From the NCBI RefSeq assembly GCF_009914755.1, contig NC_060934.1: a stretch of 64,000 nucleotides of DNA. One strand, written 5' to 3'. Origin of the DNA: the human T2T-CHM13v2.0 reference genome, Homo sapiens. The notes beneath the pieces were generated by a model. That model was not told the DNA's origin. It was given only the letters and a program-made list of their open reading frames with translations, and searched no databases. The translations under genes were made by a program, and so were the position numbers. Below are positions 45,384-60,718 of the stretch, piece by piece. Position 1 is the first letter of the stretch; each line of letters opens with the position of its first letter.

Positions 45384-48063
45384 GAGGTGCTCAATGAACA
45401 TTTGTAGAATGGAAGAATCAATGACAGCTTCCTAAAGCTGCACTCAGGCACTCAGACCCTGCTCTTTGCTCTAACCTTCTGCCACTTTATCAAACAGGTA
45501 GTTTCTGACCATTTCAATTTCCTACGCTGCACATTTAAAAGGAGGACAAACTTAGCCCATCTTATGTAGGCACAGAACAGACTTGTGCTTGTTTACCGGG
45601 AAACTCTGAGACATGCGGAAGAACTGAGTTATTATGAATGTGCTTTCCAAATTTCCAAAAGAAAAATATGGTCAGACAGATGTGGTGTCATACACATGTG
45701 TATGTTGGAGCAGAAATACTCTCCGTAGTGTCTGTTTACTTCCTGAATTTTATGGTTCTTTTGGAAACTCAAATGAATAGTGAATTGAATGTGGAAATGG
45801 CGGCTCCACTGGCATCCCCCAGAGGAAACGCATGCAACTGCGCCACGAAAGAGACAAATCAATGCCCTAATTGTAACTATAAATCCAAGATGGTGGCTGC
45901 AAGGAAGGCCAGACTGAAGCTATTAGAAGTTTAGAAGCTGGTTTTACAGATGATTGTATTTTTAGCTCCCTATAATTCACTGGGTCTCCAGTAAATAATT
46001 CTTTTACATCTGCTGCTGACAGTTCAATATTCCCTCTGATAATGTTCTCAGGTGTCAACAGATAGAGCATTGAAGCTTTGATCTCAATGCAGTGATTTGT
46101 CATCAGTTGCCACACTTTGAAGACATTCCCCCTGGAAACCCATCCAACAAATTGGAACGTGTACAGGGTGAGTGTTTCAATTGTGGTCAGACTCTAAGGC
46201 CCCTGCCTAAAAATGGGCCTAAATGGTTTCCACTGAATAATGCCAGATTCCTGACAAAAAATAATAACCCGTCCCCCCACCCCCACCTGTTCGCCTCTCT
46301 CCCTCCCTAATCTGTACCCCCACTCCTCCGGAAAAAAAAAGAAAAAAAGTTTGCAGCACTGCCAAAGTCTTTTAAGAACCATTCCAAGGAGGCTCAGACA
46401 ATCCTGGCTCTCTAAAAGGATACCATTGTAAAGGCAAGTGCTCATATTTCAATGACATACGTATATGTCTCAGAGAAACCAAGGTTTATGTGTCTCAGGA
46501 TTTCTCCGTAGTTAACCACAATTGCAGGGAAATGGTACCACGTTCCTAGAGTTAAATGTGGTAGCAATTACTTTGCTGGCAAAGGAGAAGGAGGGTCTTG
46601 ATGGCCTAAGTCCTACGAGTCAAGATTAAATAAACGTGTCTTTTAGAGTTATGCTGATAACTTGGAACACTCCCTCTGTGCTGACTGTGATGCCACAACT
46701 GCTGCAGAACCAGCATTTCTCATAGACAAGCCCATTCTGACCTGGCCAGAAGGCATGTGGGACGAGTTCAGGAAAAAAAAAATCAGTTTAAAGGAAAAGT
46801 AATACATTTGTGTGTGTATATGCATACACACACACACACACACACTGAGAAAACTACAAAATAATCTTGAACTTGTAGATTATTAAATGCTTTTAGATAT
46901 CAGGAAATAACTTGAAAATTGCTCTCCTGTATCATATTTACTAAAATGGTGCTATCAAATACTTTAGGAAAGGAAAGATATGGGTCGGGTAACCTGAGCA
47001 TTGTTTAATGGTCACTGATTTTACTAATGGCCAGCCAGTCTTTTGGCTTTCATTAGAACACAAGAATGCGATAAGATTCCTGTGAGCATGATAAAGCTCG
47101 AGGGGCCATTTTTAAGTGCAATATGGTTTATGTTTAAGATCCCAGTTCCAGTTGGAATGGAAAATAATTCCCTCTATCTTTTCCCTGGTGGCTAGAATAC
47201 CACATACAAATAATTTAAACAAAGAGCTTCACAAGTGAAAAAAAATATAAACAGAAATATAGATCCCATCACTTCGACCACTAAAATGTGTCAACTCCTG
47301 GAATGGAAGGAACATAGAGTCTATATATAACAGGACACAGTAAATGATCAAGTCAGGAAGGAAGCATTTTTCCAGCATACAAAATGATGGAGAAGTCAGA
47401 AGTTTTCTTCTCATTGGAAATGGCAGAGATACTGAGTTCATAAATCCAATAATCCCACATAGTCACCAATGTGCCTAACGGCTTTGGCTGGCCAGCCCAA
47501 TACTAAAAGGCAATCCCTAAGAAGAATGCCCTGAAGGAAATAGATGAGGTGGCTATAAGGGAAATGAAAAGTATGTACACAGCAGAGAAAATTTCTTAGA
47601 AGAAAAAATTGTCCTAAAAGAGAAAGGTACATTTAAATAGGTAGGTAGGTAAGCAGGTAGGTGGATGAATAGACAGGTGGATGGAATGGACAGATAGAGA
47701 AGTAACTGCTATGTAGACAGATGCAGACAGAGTTAAAGACAAAAATGCAAGCTTGATTCATTTCCATTTTCTCTCAGATTCTGAGAAGTAGAAATGTGTT
47801 TCTTACCTGGAAACTGACTAGATCCAGTTTCAAAGAACTATTTTCTACAAACCCCTTTGACACCAAGTGGCTATGACCAACTGTAACAGTGATAGGGCTC
47901 AGAACAAGAGTAAAATGGAGGTACAAATTCCAGAAGTCTAAACACTTAAAAGTCATAAACGATAGTAACAAATTGTTACATAAAATCCATTCTCTCCTCC
48001 CTTGACAACTATGCCTACATAATGAATTAGAAGGCCCAGTTTGAATTCAGGATTCTGAATTTT

Positions 48064-48353
<290 letters not shown>

Positions 48354-48898
48354 TTTCTGAGCTTCTTGCCAGAATGTAGAAGAGGAACCAGACCTGAAGC
48401 CTGCCCTCTTCTCTCCTCCCTGCATCACCAGTCCACACCATGGTGCTCACACACTGCATGCCCTAGCTCACACATCCCAGATCTGCCCAGATCTACAGTA
48501 ACAGTCATCCTTTACCACCCACAGACCTGGGTTTGCCACCAGCAGCATAGTTCATCCTCAGAAGGCCAAGCCAAGAGATGACACCACCAGGTCCAGGAAG
48601 CAGATTTGGCTGCCTTTGGGCAAAGAATCCAGGTACCTGAATGGTTAGCAGATGGGATACATCAGGCAGGACAGGCTGCAGTCCTCTTTGCCCTGTAGAT
48701 TCTCAGTCCCTGGAAAGAGGCATGGCAGCAGAAAGGCCAGAGTAAGGCTCACAAAAGCCTGGGGCCTGGGGCCTGGGACCAGACTTCTCTTGCCCAAATT
48801 CAAGGCCAATACTTTAAGCAACCAAATACCTGATTAGCCACTGTAGACTTTAGAAAGTAGGAACAGGAAAGTTAATGACAATAAGAGAAGTTAGACTT

Positions 48899-49448
48899 TA
48901 TATTCATTATCTATTGCTATATTGCAAATTATCCCAAATTTTATCAAATTAAAACAATCAACATTTATTATATCAGATTTCTCTCAGTCAAGAATCTGGG
49001 AGCAGCTTAGCAGGGTGATTCTGGTCAAGAGTTATCATGAGGTTTCAGTTAAGCCGATGGCCAGGGCTGTAGTCTCAACTGAAGGCCCAAAAAGGGAAGG
49101 GAAGAAGACTCCACCTCCAGGATCACTCATGGGCTTGTGGGCAGGCCTCAGCTCCTCACGAGATTTTGACAGGAAATCTTCATTTCTTGCATGTGGACCA
49201 TTGCAGAGACTGCCTGAATCTTCTCTTGACACAGCAGCTGCCTCCCCCAAGAGCAAGTGATTTGAGAGGGGAAGAGCACACCCAAGACAGAACTGCAGTC
49301 TTTTTATAACCTAATGTCAGAAGTGACATTCTATCACCTCTGTCATGTGGTATTGGTCCCACAGACCAGCCTTGGTACAGCGTGAGAGGAGACCACACGT
49401 TGTGGTGAATACAGGAGGAGGGGCATTGGGGGCCAACTGCTCCACCAC
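48899..49448 (-). mobile_element. MLT1F-like MaLR solo LTR
   Basis: 'ttaaaacaatcaacatttatt...gtcaagaatctgggagcagcttagc', 'ataacctaatgtcagaagtgacattctatcacctctg'. Confidence 0.8.
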
Positions 49449-49524
49449 GTGAGATGAGGATTTGGCCTACAGCTGTGGTCCACAGCAGCCCTCGATAAAT
49501 ACTTTTGTAAGAAAGGAGGGGAGA

Positions 49525-49830
<306 letters not shown>

Positions 49831-50374
49831 GAAAGGAGAGGAAAGAGACAATGATGAAGGAACGAGGATAATTGGGAAATCATGGAATTCCCTTCATCCG
49901 ACTCCATTTCCCATGCCCAGAAGTTACCTGAAGGATCAAATGGCCCTTTCCCTCACTTCTTTACAAAGAAATCCTTGGGGCTTAGACTTGAAGGTGGGAT
50001 GCCTTTCACTAACTATCCCAGTCACGCTTCAAACCACTGCACACCCCTCATGTCCAGCTCAAATGTTCCTTGCCCTATGAACAATTTCCTGGGTCACCAA
50101 ATCCCGGTTGGCCATGGCCCTCCTCCACACATTATACTCCTGTGTGGCACTTTTCATATTCTGCTACAATCATTTTATTTTTTTTTTAATTTTTAGCCTC
50201 CTTACTGAATATCTGGCCCCAAGGCTCAGCTCTTGAGTGGCTGTGGAGCACCTCCCCTTTGGATGGTAATATCATCACAAATCCTGCTCTCCACATGGAA
50301 ATCTTTGTCCACACACCATCCCCTGCCCATCCACAAACTCTCTAGTCTGTTTCGTGTAGGTCAGCCCTGCAAAG

Positions 50375-50907
50375 CAGGGGTCTCCAACTCCTGGGTCACA
50401 GACTGGTCCTGGTTCATGGCCTGTTAGGAATGGGGCTGCACAGTAGGAGGTGAGTGTGGGTGAGCAAGGGAAACTTCATCTGTATTTACAGCCACTCCCT
50501 ACTGCTCACATTACCACCTGAGCTCTGCCTCCCAACACATCAGCAGCAGCATTAAATTCTCATAAGATCGCAAACCCTATTGTGATAGGCACATGCAAGG
50601 GATCTAGGTTGCATGCTCCTTATGAGAATCTCATGCCTGGTGATCTGTCACTGTCTCCCATCATCCCTAGATGGGACCATCTAGTTGAAGGAAAACAAGC
50701 TCAGGGCTCCCACTGATTCTACATGATGGTGAGTTGTAGAATTATTTCATTATATATTACAATGTCATAATAATAGAAATAAAGTACACCTTAAATGTAA
50801 TGCGCTTGAATCATCCCAAAACCATCCCCCACTCCCCACTGCCGGTCTGTGAAAAAATTGTCCTCCATGAAACTGGTCCCTGGTGCCAAAAAGGTTGGGG
50901 ACTGCTG
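50375..50907 (+). mobile_element. MER1A hAT-Charlie element
   Basis: TIRs 'caggggtctccaac'/'ggttggggactgctg'; 8-bp TSD ctgcaaag/ctgcaggg; ~530 bp. Confidence 0.9.
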
Positions 50908-52049
50908 CTGCAGGGCACTTTCCCATCTGCTAGCTCCAAGCCTGGGCTCCTAGAGCCACACTGAGGCTCTGTAAAATCACAAGTGCCACCTGACAGATTC
51001 CTGTAAAAACGGGCCCAGCACGACAACAGTGCCATCCATGGAAGAGATTTCAGCCTAAAGAGAAAATGTTAAATTTCTCTTTTCCTCAAATTTCCTTATA
51101 TCTAGCCCTGCAACCCTCTTTCCCAAGTTATGCTGGAGCTCAACTTCAAACTTTCTGGGAGTCACACAGAAAATGGTACAATGCTTGTCTAGACTAAAAA
51201 CCATTCTCTGGGTAACTCTGTACTGAAGCAACATCATAAAAATGTGAATATGTAGAAGTCATTTTAAGACATATTTCTTTTCATTATAGCCTTCAGAAAC
51301 ATAGTCACTTGAAAGCTTTTTGTGCCTCTTAAAAGGATAATCCTCCCCCCCAACCATAAGTAAGGCACCTGAGTGTAACAATGTAAGTGATCCCTTACAC
51401 AGGAAAAATGGCTGAGACATTTATTGATTCTCTACTTAGTCTCTATTTCATTATATTCATAAAATCTGTTGTAATTTTTAATAAAATCTCAGACAGCTTA
51501 TGACTACAACTGACTACTTAGCAGTTAGTAAATCATTTCTTATTTCTAAGGGTTGCTCAATGTAACAGTCCAATGGAAGCATAACCATGGTAAGCTGCAG
51601 TTCAGATAAAGTCTAACTTGCTGGCTCTCCCATCCCTGCTGACAGGCAATGGAATGCAGACGTTCTGTTTCTAAGAGCTGTGTCACATCTGGTTCAGGTT
51701 GCTCGTGGTCCACAGTGGCCCACGTTCATTACCATCTAATAGCCGCTTGGCCTTTGTCAGGCGCTGTCTCAAGTCAAGCCTGAGGCCTGACACCCACATC
51801 TGCTGCACTTCTCTGAATCTTTGAATCTCTCCCCTCGTGACCTTCTCACTGGCTGCCACAGTGTCAAATGCACAGTAAGTCAAGCAGCCAGTCATTTGAA
51901 TTAAGAGTCACAGACATCAGTGCTGACTGGGACCTTGGAGATCACAGGGTAGAGCCGACTCCTGTGGCAAACAGGATGGATGAAGCCATTTGTCCCAGGA
52001 CAGCCCAGGAAGGTCTGACCTGGGGAATCATTGTGACATCTGGGGGGTG

Positions 52050-52225
52050 GAAGTGCAGTCTCAGCCAGACAGGGTGAGGGCCAGCTCAGTCACAAACCAG
52101 AGCTCTATTTTCCTCTCTTGCCTCAGTTTCCTCATTTGCAAAATGGAGATAACAGGAGTACCCACCTCTCGGGATGTTTGTGAAGATTAAATGAGTTTAT
52201 ATTTGTGACACCCTTAGAGCCCAGC
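52050..52225 (+). mobile_element. MIR
   Basis: 'cctcagtttcctcatttgcaaaatggagataac...gtgaagattaaatgag'. Confidence 0.8.
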
Positions 52226-53094
52226 TACCGCTGTTTGTTAAACGAATGAATAAAAAGTAAATAGATTAATAAATAGCCCTTTTAAATATTAACAGGGATT
52301 TTCAATTTTTCTTTGTTAAAACTGAGGAAGTCTTTCTTTAAATAAAATCTCACTCAGAAGCCATATATCTGTACTTTAAAAATGTGTGCATATATACATA
52401 TATAACGAAGATCTTTACAATGATTAAAATCAGAACTATTATAAATACACACACAGCATTTCATCTGAGACTTCACTCTCCTTTGTCACACGAAGGCAAA
52501 GCTCCTCCTGTTATGGTCACTGCTCAGGCAGCTCTGGACTGAGGCTGAGGAAACCCTGGACCACTGTCTACCAAGCCTGAGAGCTTTGAGGTCACAGGGC
52601 CAACGCCAGGAGTCAGGTCGCAGTGCATGGGCAATGGTCTGGTCAGCTCAGGAATGTTTCGAGGGGAATGACCACTTTGCCTGATGCCCTTGAATGGCTC
52701 TGGATTTCCCATAGATGCCACAAGAAGGATGTGGCTTCTGTTCTGGAAGCTGATGGGCCAATATGGCTGCTTGGGAGGGTGAGAACTTCCCCCATTTCTA
52801 AAATCTCGCCATGGAGGTCACAACTGACCACAGTGGGCATCTGAGTAGAATCTAGGAACAGCCCGTCACCCACAGTGACAGGACAGTTTCATGATCAGGC
52901 AAGTGGTCATGTAGGTGTCTCAGGAATGTCCTGGCAGGCTTCGAAAAATGGGTCTGGGATGTTGGGAGGAGTGGACTTTGATCTCAGAAGCAGACAGCAC
53001 AGCACCTTCAGGAAGCCATATATTCCTTTTTTCTCATCCTTTTGTAAATGTCATGTAAACAGAAAAATACAAATAAAATTTTAAATTAAAAAAA

Positions 53095-53268
53095 TTTTTT
53101 TTAATTTTAAGTTCCAGGATACATGTGCAGAACACACAGGTTTGTTACATAAACATGTGCCACGGTGGTTTGCTGCTCCTATCAACCCATCACTTATGTA
53201 TTAAGCCCTAGACGCATTAGCTATTTATCCTGATGCCCTCCCTCTCCCCACACCCTCAACAGGCCCTG
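53095..53268 (-). mobile_element. Short L1PA (PA8-13-like) 3' end
   Basis: 'ttttaagttccaggatacatgtgcagaac...gcattagctatttatcctgatgc'; TSD-like taaattaaaaa on both sides. Confidence 0.88.
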
Positions 53269-54180
53269 ATAAATTAAAAATTAAAATACAAAAAAAAAAA
53301 AGAGGAACTGTTTTTTTCCCTTTTAAGGTCATTTTTTTTCTTCCTCCTCCCTTGACTGTCAATTTTATCTGTTTTGCATATGGTAAAATGTCATTACTTC
53401 AGATCCTGCTTACTAAGAACCAGGATAATTCAGACAGAAATGGGACTGAAATTAACATGAGCCTCCTTCATTGGAAAGGGAACATGCAAAGCCAAGGCAG
53501 GAATCGCTTCTAGGTTCATAATTCACACCACTGCCAGGGCGTTCATTGATTTCATTGGTGGGGCTTTATGGATTGTGGTGATCCATGTTGCAGACCACCC
53601 AATACGAAAATAAACTCAACCACTAATTCTTTCAGCACACAGCCACACTGAATGAAACCAAGAGTAACAGTAGGCAGACCACCCTCCATTGCAAGAGGCA
53701 GTGTGTGTGTCGAGTCTCAGAGCTGCTGGTCTGCCGCCTCGCCAGACCCAGGAGGGCTGTGGACCCAGGCACTCCCCAGAGGCAGCCAAAGCACCTGGGC
53801 CAGTGTGAGCCTTCGTCCTCTTACCTGTTAAGAGCATCCTTCCATCCTAAGAGGTGACAATCCATTTATTCAATGCCTGTTTGGAAGATCATTCAACATT
53901 CATTCAATAAACATATTCTGAGTACCCAAGAAGTACAACATGAGAACCAAGAAGAAAAAAACAAGGAAGAGAAATAGGCGGCAGCAGCAGCAGAGAAAAG
54001 ATAAACTTCCTGCTCTGAAAAGTCCCCAGCCCTAGGGAACAACAGAAACACCAAACTAACAAGAAGCCTGCAGGCACTAGAACCTGAGGTGCAAATGGGT
54101 CTCAAAGACACACACAAGCAAGAAAGGGATGTGTGGCACTTTCTCAGAGAAAGTGCCCTTCTAAAGAGATAGGAAGAACG

Positions 54181-54484
54181 GGCCAGGTGTGGTGGCTCAC
54201 GCCTGTAATCTCAGCACTTTGAGAGGCCTGAGGCAGGTGGATTACTTGAGGTCAGGAAGTCGAGCCCAGTCTGGCCAACATGGTAAAACCCCATCTCTAC
54301 TGAAAATACAAAAATTAGCTGAGCGTGGTTGTGCATGCCTATAATCCCAGCTACTCAGGAGGCTGAGGCAGGAGAATCACTTGAACCCGGAGGCAGAGGT
54401 TGCAGTGAGATCTCACCACTGCATTCCAGCCTGTGCAACAGACAGAGACTCTGTCTCAAAAAAAAAAAAAAAAAAAAAAAAAAA
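54181..54484 (+). mobile_element. AluSx-like
   Basis: Full Alu with long polyA. Confidence 0.96.
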
Positions 54485-54889
54485 GATAAAAAGAAATTCA
54501 TTTAATGCAGAAGTTGGAAGAAAACATTCTCAATAGAGGAAACAGAATAAGCACTCTTCCTAGTACACAGTAGGTGCTCAACACACTCGTGTGCAGTAAA
54601 TATCAAAAGGCGCATTCTTCTCTTATCATCAAAAGAAGCCCCCAGTATTCTAATCCTTGGAAATCCAGAACATTCATTGAAAAGGATAAGTCAATATTTA
54701 AAAGAATTCATTTAAACTTTATCCAAAAAGCTTTTGAAAGTGGTATATACAGGGAGAAGAAACCTAATTTAGACTCCACTTTCTCATTGTTTCATTAAAT
54801 ACTTTTTTAAAGCTGAATATATCTGTGAAAGCATGTCTTCAGACTCCAGAAAACATTTCACAACTGTTATATCTGACAAACTTAGCTAA

Positions 54890-55229
<340 letters not shown>

Positions 55230-55246
55230 AAACATGATTATCTTTA

Positions 55247-55625
<379 letters not shown>

Positions 55626-56638
55626 GGTATCAGAGGATAGCCATCCTATCAGGAATAATGTTAGAACATTCCAGGGAGAAATCAAAGAACAAAGTCACTC
55701 TTTGCTTCACTCTAAAGGGAATAAAGTTTGTTTCATCCAGCTGATTTCATTTAAAAATATTAATAACTCACCAGACCACAAATGTATTGATCCTAAAGGT
55801 CAGCACCTGTCCCTAGTTCATGCTAGCCCAACTGGGCTCTCTATGAAGGGAAAGTATATCATATGAGTCAGTCACTTCCTAAGACCAAAATTATATCTGC
55901 ATTCAGTAAACATGGGTCTCCTTGAAAACCCTCACTGGAAATCCTAAGAGGGTTAGGATATACAGGAAACTCTAATTGGTACTCAGGATTTTATTTTGGG
56001 GGTGCAGATAAAGACTGAGAAAAAGAACGAATTTGAAATAGCCATTGCATGGAAGAGTTTACCTAACACATGAAGGAGAGGGTTGTGTAACTATAATGCC
56101 CCACAATTCTCCCTTCATGCAGAAGCATAACCATTTCTTTGCCCAAAATTTGAAATGAACCCAAACAAAAAAATTTGAGATTCCGAAAGTATCACTTCAC
56201 TCTTTCGATATTATTCTTCAGTTCTGTATGTCACCCTGTTTCCCTGTTCCGGCCAACCCCTGCCAAAATACACAGGGAGGCCTGTTCTCACGCTGCTGCC
56301 CAGACCAGGAGCAGGAAGCTCCAGAAAGCCTTCTTGTGAAATCAAAGCTCCATTTGCATACCCAAGAGTTTAGATAAAAGCCATGTGATGTGCTCAAGTG
56401 TGAGGCGCTCCTGGGAGCCCAGTTTGGCAGAATGGAGATTTATCTGAGGTTGTCAGTGCCACCTCCAGAGGCCTTCTTCAGGCACAGCCTTGAATTCTCT
56501 CCTCCCTTCTCTTCTAATGGCATCAAGAGGGCTTTAATAAGGTCCTCACCACCACGTTGATTCCGTAGAACCCAACAACCCAAGTTCTTGATTTACATAA
56601 TTTCTTACCTGTACACTGCCTTCATTTAAAAGGGGATT

Positions 56639-56928
<290 letters not shown>

Positions 56929-56989
56929 TTAAAAAGGCAGGGGCGATTGAGGGTGACCAACAGCAACAGGCCGATAATGAAATCATGAA

Positions 56990-57190
56990 GGCTTTTGAGC
57001 ACTGAACCTTCACCTAACACTGTACCAGGTGCCCAATTAAGTCCTCACATCACTCTGTGAGGATGGTAGAATTATTAGTACCATTTTACAGATGAGGAAA
57101 CTGAAGCTGAAAGAGCTTACACGTAATTTGCCAAAGAAATGTAGTGTGTTAGTAGAGGAGCCAGGATTCAGAACCATTTATCCAGAGATT
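56990..57190 (-). mobile_element. MIR
   Basis: 'ccattttacagatgaggaaactgaagctga'. Confidence 0.8.
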
Positions 57191-58104
57191 GCCCACTTAG
57201 CTCCATGCTGGAGTGGTGACAAGGTTTCATTCAAAAAAGTCATGCCGAGGTCTGTTCAGTTCACATCCTGAGCACTGTTTACCATTAAAGACAACAGAAA
57301 CTGATGCCCAAGAAGTTCTAGGAGGAACACAATTTTTTAAGTTTCATCATGTTCATTACGCAGCACTGTACCATCAGGAAAGATTCGACAATCGTAGAAC
57401 AGTTTTCCAACAAGAATTACAATTTTGAAGGCTTCCTGGTTGACCCCTAGAAGGCTAGATCACTGAGCGCCCCCTTACCCCAAGACCTTCACAGCGATCA
57501 CTTCACAATGCACTGGGCGTGTCCACGTGACTTCACACATCAGCCAATGAGGTCTGGCCTCTGTCACCAAACAAGGACTTTTACTTTAACCATCAGCATA
57601 TGCCAGCAGAGGCATCTGAATGTGATTATCCAGAACACAAACACACACAAAGGATTTCTGTTTTTTTGAACCTGAGATGTGAGACCCAAGTGTCTCAGCT
57701 ACCATGCTTTTTGCTATGATCAAGGGTGCAATGTCTTGTCATTTTGTGAACTGGGCTGCAGAGCCAAGGAAACCTGGCTCTACATCCCAGCCAGGAGCAT
57801 GAATTTCTTCCCAAAGGAAACCTAAAATGGGTACAGAGTATCAGGAGACAAAAAACATATCGGGAGCTAATAGGATGTAGGGTGGGAAAAGATTTGGAAG
57901 AAGTACAACCTCTCTCTTCACTTCCCAAATGGTTCCCACCATGGACCAGACAGCATAAGATGGAATGGGGCTGATATTGGGAGAGACAGGACCATAAATC
58001 TAGAACAATTAAACAGAAAGGAGGTTTTTATAGTTTATCCGAAATTTTCAAGCGTCTGACTTTTTCAGCATTTGTTTTTGTTGGTGTTCATGTTGTGGGG
58101 GGCC

Positions 58105-58462
58105 TGATATGGTTGGGCTGTAATCCTTACCCAAATCTCATCTTGAATTGTAGCTCCCATAATTACTATGTGTTGTGAGAGAAACCCAGTGGGAGATAGT
58201 TGAATCACGGGGGCAGTTTCGCTCATACTGTTCTCCTGGTAGTGAATAAGTCTCACAAGATCCGATGACTTTATAAGGGAAAATCCCTTTCACTGATTCT
58301 CAACTCTCTCTTGCCCGCTACTACGTGTGTCTTTTGCCTTCCGCCATGATTGTGAGGCCTCCCCAGCCACGTAGAACTGTGAGTCCATTAAACCTCTTTT
58401 TCTTTATAAATTACCCAATCTCAGATATGTCTTTATCAGCAGTGTGAAAACAGACTAATACA
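58105..58462 (+). mobile_element. THE1C-like MaLR solo LTR
   Basis: tgatatggtt...cagactaataca termini; TSD gggcc/ggggc. Confidence 0.92.
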
Positions 58463-59488
58463 GGGGCTTATTGAGGGCTCTTTGTTACAGAAGTTTGTAA
58501 TACTTGTCAGCCTTTAAACATACGAAGAGTTCTAGAACTCCTAGTACGGGTGAGGGGGTATCTTCCTGTCCCTACAGCTTTCTTGAAGCTCCCTCTCCAA
58601 AAAAAAAAAAAAAAACAAAAATAAAAAACAAAACAAAAAAAAAACAGCTTCTAACATCCTTAACAACAGATCTTTACCTGGTGCTTGAAGCACCACATAC
58701 ATTCACACAAGGTGACTTCCGCCATCAGAGGCTGCTGTGGGGAGGCCTCTCATCCCTTATTAAGTTGAACACCGTCTCCCTGTAGCTTCCACCTGCTTGT
58801 TCTGGTTTTGTCCGTTGGCACTGCAGTAAATAAAGAAGTCTAGCCCCTCTGCCAGAGTGATGGCTCTTGGTCCCTGTCTTTCATGGTGAAGTCAGCCCAG
58901 CTAGGTTTGGAAGACATCTGTGGTTCAAATCAAATGCAAGGGACAGTTTTACAAATAAACTATGGAGGAAGGAAAACCACTCACTTATCTACCACAAGTC
59001 ATTCACTCTCTTCTCCTGTAGAAATAAAAATACCAACACACTTGATAAAGTTCCTTGTCTTCTCTTATTTCTAACTTCTATAGCCCATCCCTGTATTCCC
59101 TAGAAGGTTAGAATGTGAGAGCTGAAAGGAGAGATCATAGGGTTTATTTTACAGGGACAGGAGACTGAGCCCCGGACACCAAATGTCCTGCCTATGTACC
59201 TAGGATGACCGATTTCCTGAACCAAAAGCAGGGACACACTGTCTGGCAAGCATGGATGAGCCTGGGGAGGCAGTGGAGAATATTTGACACTGGAACTCTT
59301 CCAAATAAATTGGGATGTGGACTAATGCTGCAGGAATAAGACAATAAACTATGCCTTCCTTACATACCTCAAAGGATTGAGATAAAAAGAACAAGAGATA
59401 ATAAATATAACTTAATGTGAGATAAAGTACAAAGCAAGAAACATTTCCTATACCCGACTCCCCAGCTGCTTTTCTCACTCTGTCCTTG

Positions 59489-60718
59489 TGAGAGGTGACA
59501 GCGTGCTGGCAGTCCTCACAGCCCTCGCTCGCTCTAGGCGCCTCCTCTGCCTGGGCTCCCACTTTGGCGGCACTTGAGGAGCCCTTCAGCCCACCGCTGC
59601 ACTGTGGGAGCCCCTTTCTGGGCTGGCCAAGGCCGCAGCCAGCTCCCTCAGCTTGCCGGGAGGTGTGGAGGGAGAGGTGCGGGCAGGAACTAGGACTGCG
59701 CGCGGTGCTTGTGGGCCAGCCCGAGTTCCAGGTGGGCGTGGGCTCTGGGACCCCACGCTCGGAGCGGCCGGCGGGCCTGCCGGCCCCGGCAGTGATGGGC
59801 TTAGCACCTGGGCCAGCAGCTGCTGTGCTCAACTTCCCGCCGGGCCTTAGCTGCTTTCCCGCAAGGCAGGGCTCAGGACCTGCAGCCCGCCGTGCCTGAG
59901 CCTCCCCACCCCCTGCTCCTTTGGCTCCTGTGCGGCCCAAGCCTCCCCGACGAGCGCCGCCTCTGCTCCAGGGCGCCCAGTCCCAACGACGACCCAAGGG
60001 CTGAGGACTGGGGAGCATGGCGCGGGACTGGCAGCTCCACCTGCAGCCCCAGTGCGGGATCCACTGGGTAAAGCCAGCTGGGCTTCTGAGTCTGGTGGGG
60101 ACGTGGAGAACTTTTATGTCTAGCTCAGGGATTGTAAATACACCAATCTGCACTCTGTATCTGGCTCAAGGTTTGTAAACACACCAGTCAGCACCCTGTG
60201 TCTAGCTCAGGGTTTGTGAATGCACCAATCAACACTCTGTATCTAGCTAATTTGGTGGGGACCTGGAGAACCATTGTGTCTAGCTCAGGGATTGTAAACG
60301 CACCAATCAGCTCCCTGTCAAAACAGACCACTGGGCTCTACCAATCAGCAGGATGTGGGTGGGGCCAGATAAGAGAATACAAGCAGGCTGCGCGAGCCAG
60401 CAGTGGCAACCGTCGGGTCCCCTTCCACACTGTGGAAGCTTTGTTCTTTCGCTCTTTGCAACAAATCTTGCTGCTGCTCACTCTTTGGGTCCACAGTGCC
60501 TTTATGAGCTGTAACACTCACTGCAAAGGTCTGCACCTTCACTCCTGAAGCCAGCGAGACCACGAACCCACCAGAAGGAAGAAACTCCGAACACATCCGA
60601 ACATCAGAATGAACAAACTCCGGACACACCGCCTTTAAGAACTGTAACACTCACTGTGAGGGTCCACGGCTTCATTCTTGAAGTCAGTGAGACCAAGAAC
60701 CCACCAGTTCCGGACACA
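59489..60718 (+). mobile_element. LTR12 (LTR12C-like, ERV9) solo LTR
   Basis: Starts tgagaggtgacagcgtgctggcagtcc, ends ...ttccggacaca; tandem 'tctagctcagggattgtaaa..caccaatc' U3 repeats; 4-bp TSD cttg/attg. Confidence 0.96.

Noticed and set aside
45867-46115. 82-aa minus-strand ORF with a protein-like look
   Set aside because: No recognisable homology or exon context; length within chance expectation.
59200-60153. 317-aa minus-strand ORF and overlapping ORFs
   Set aside because: Mostly antisense to the GC-rich LTR12 U3, where stop codons are rare; non-ATG start and no recognisable domain.
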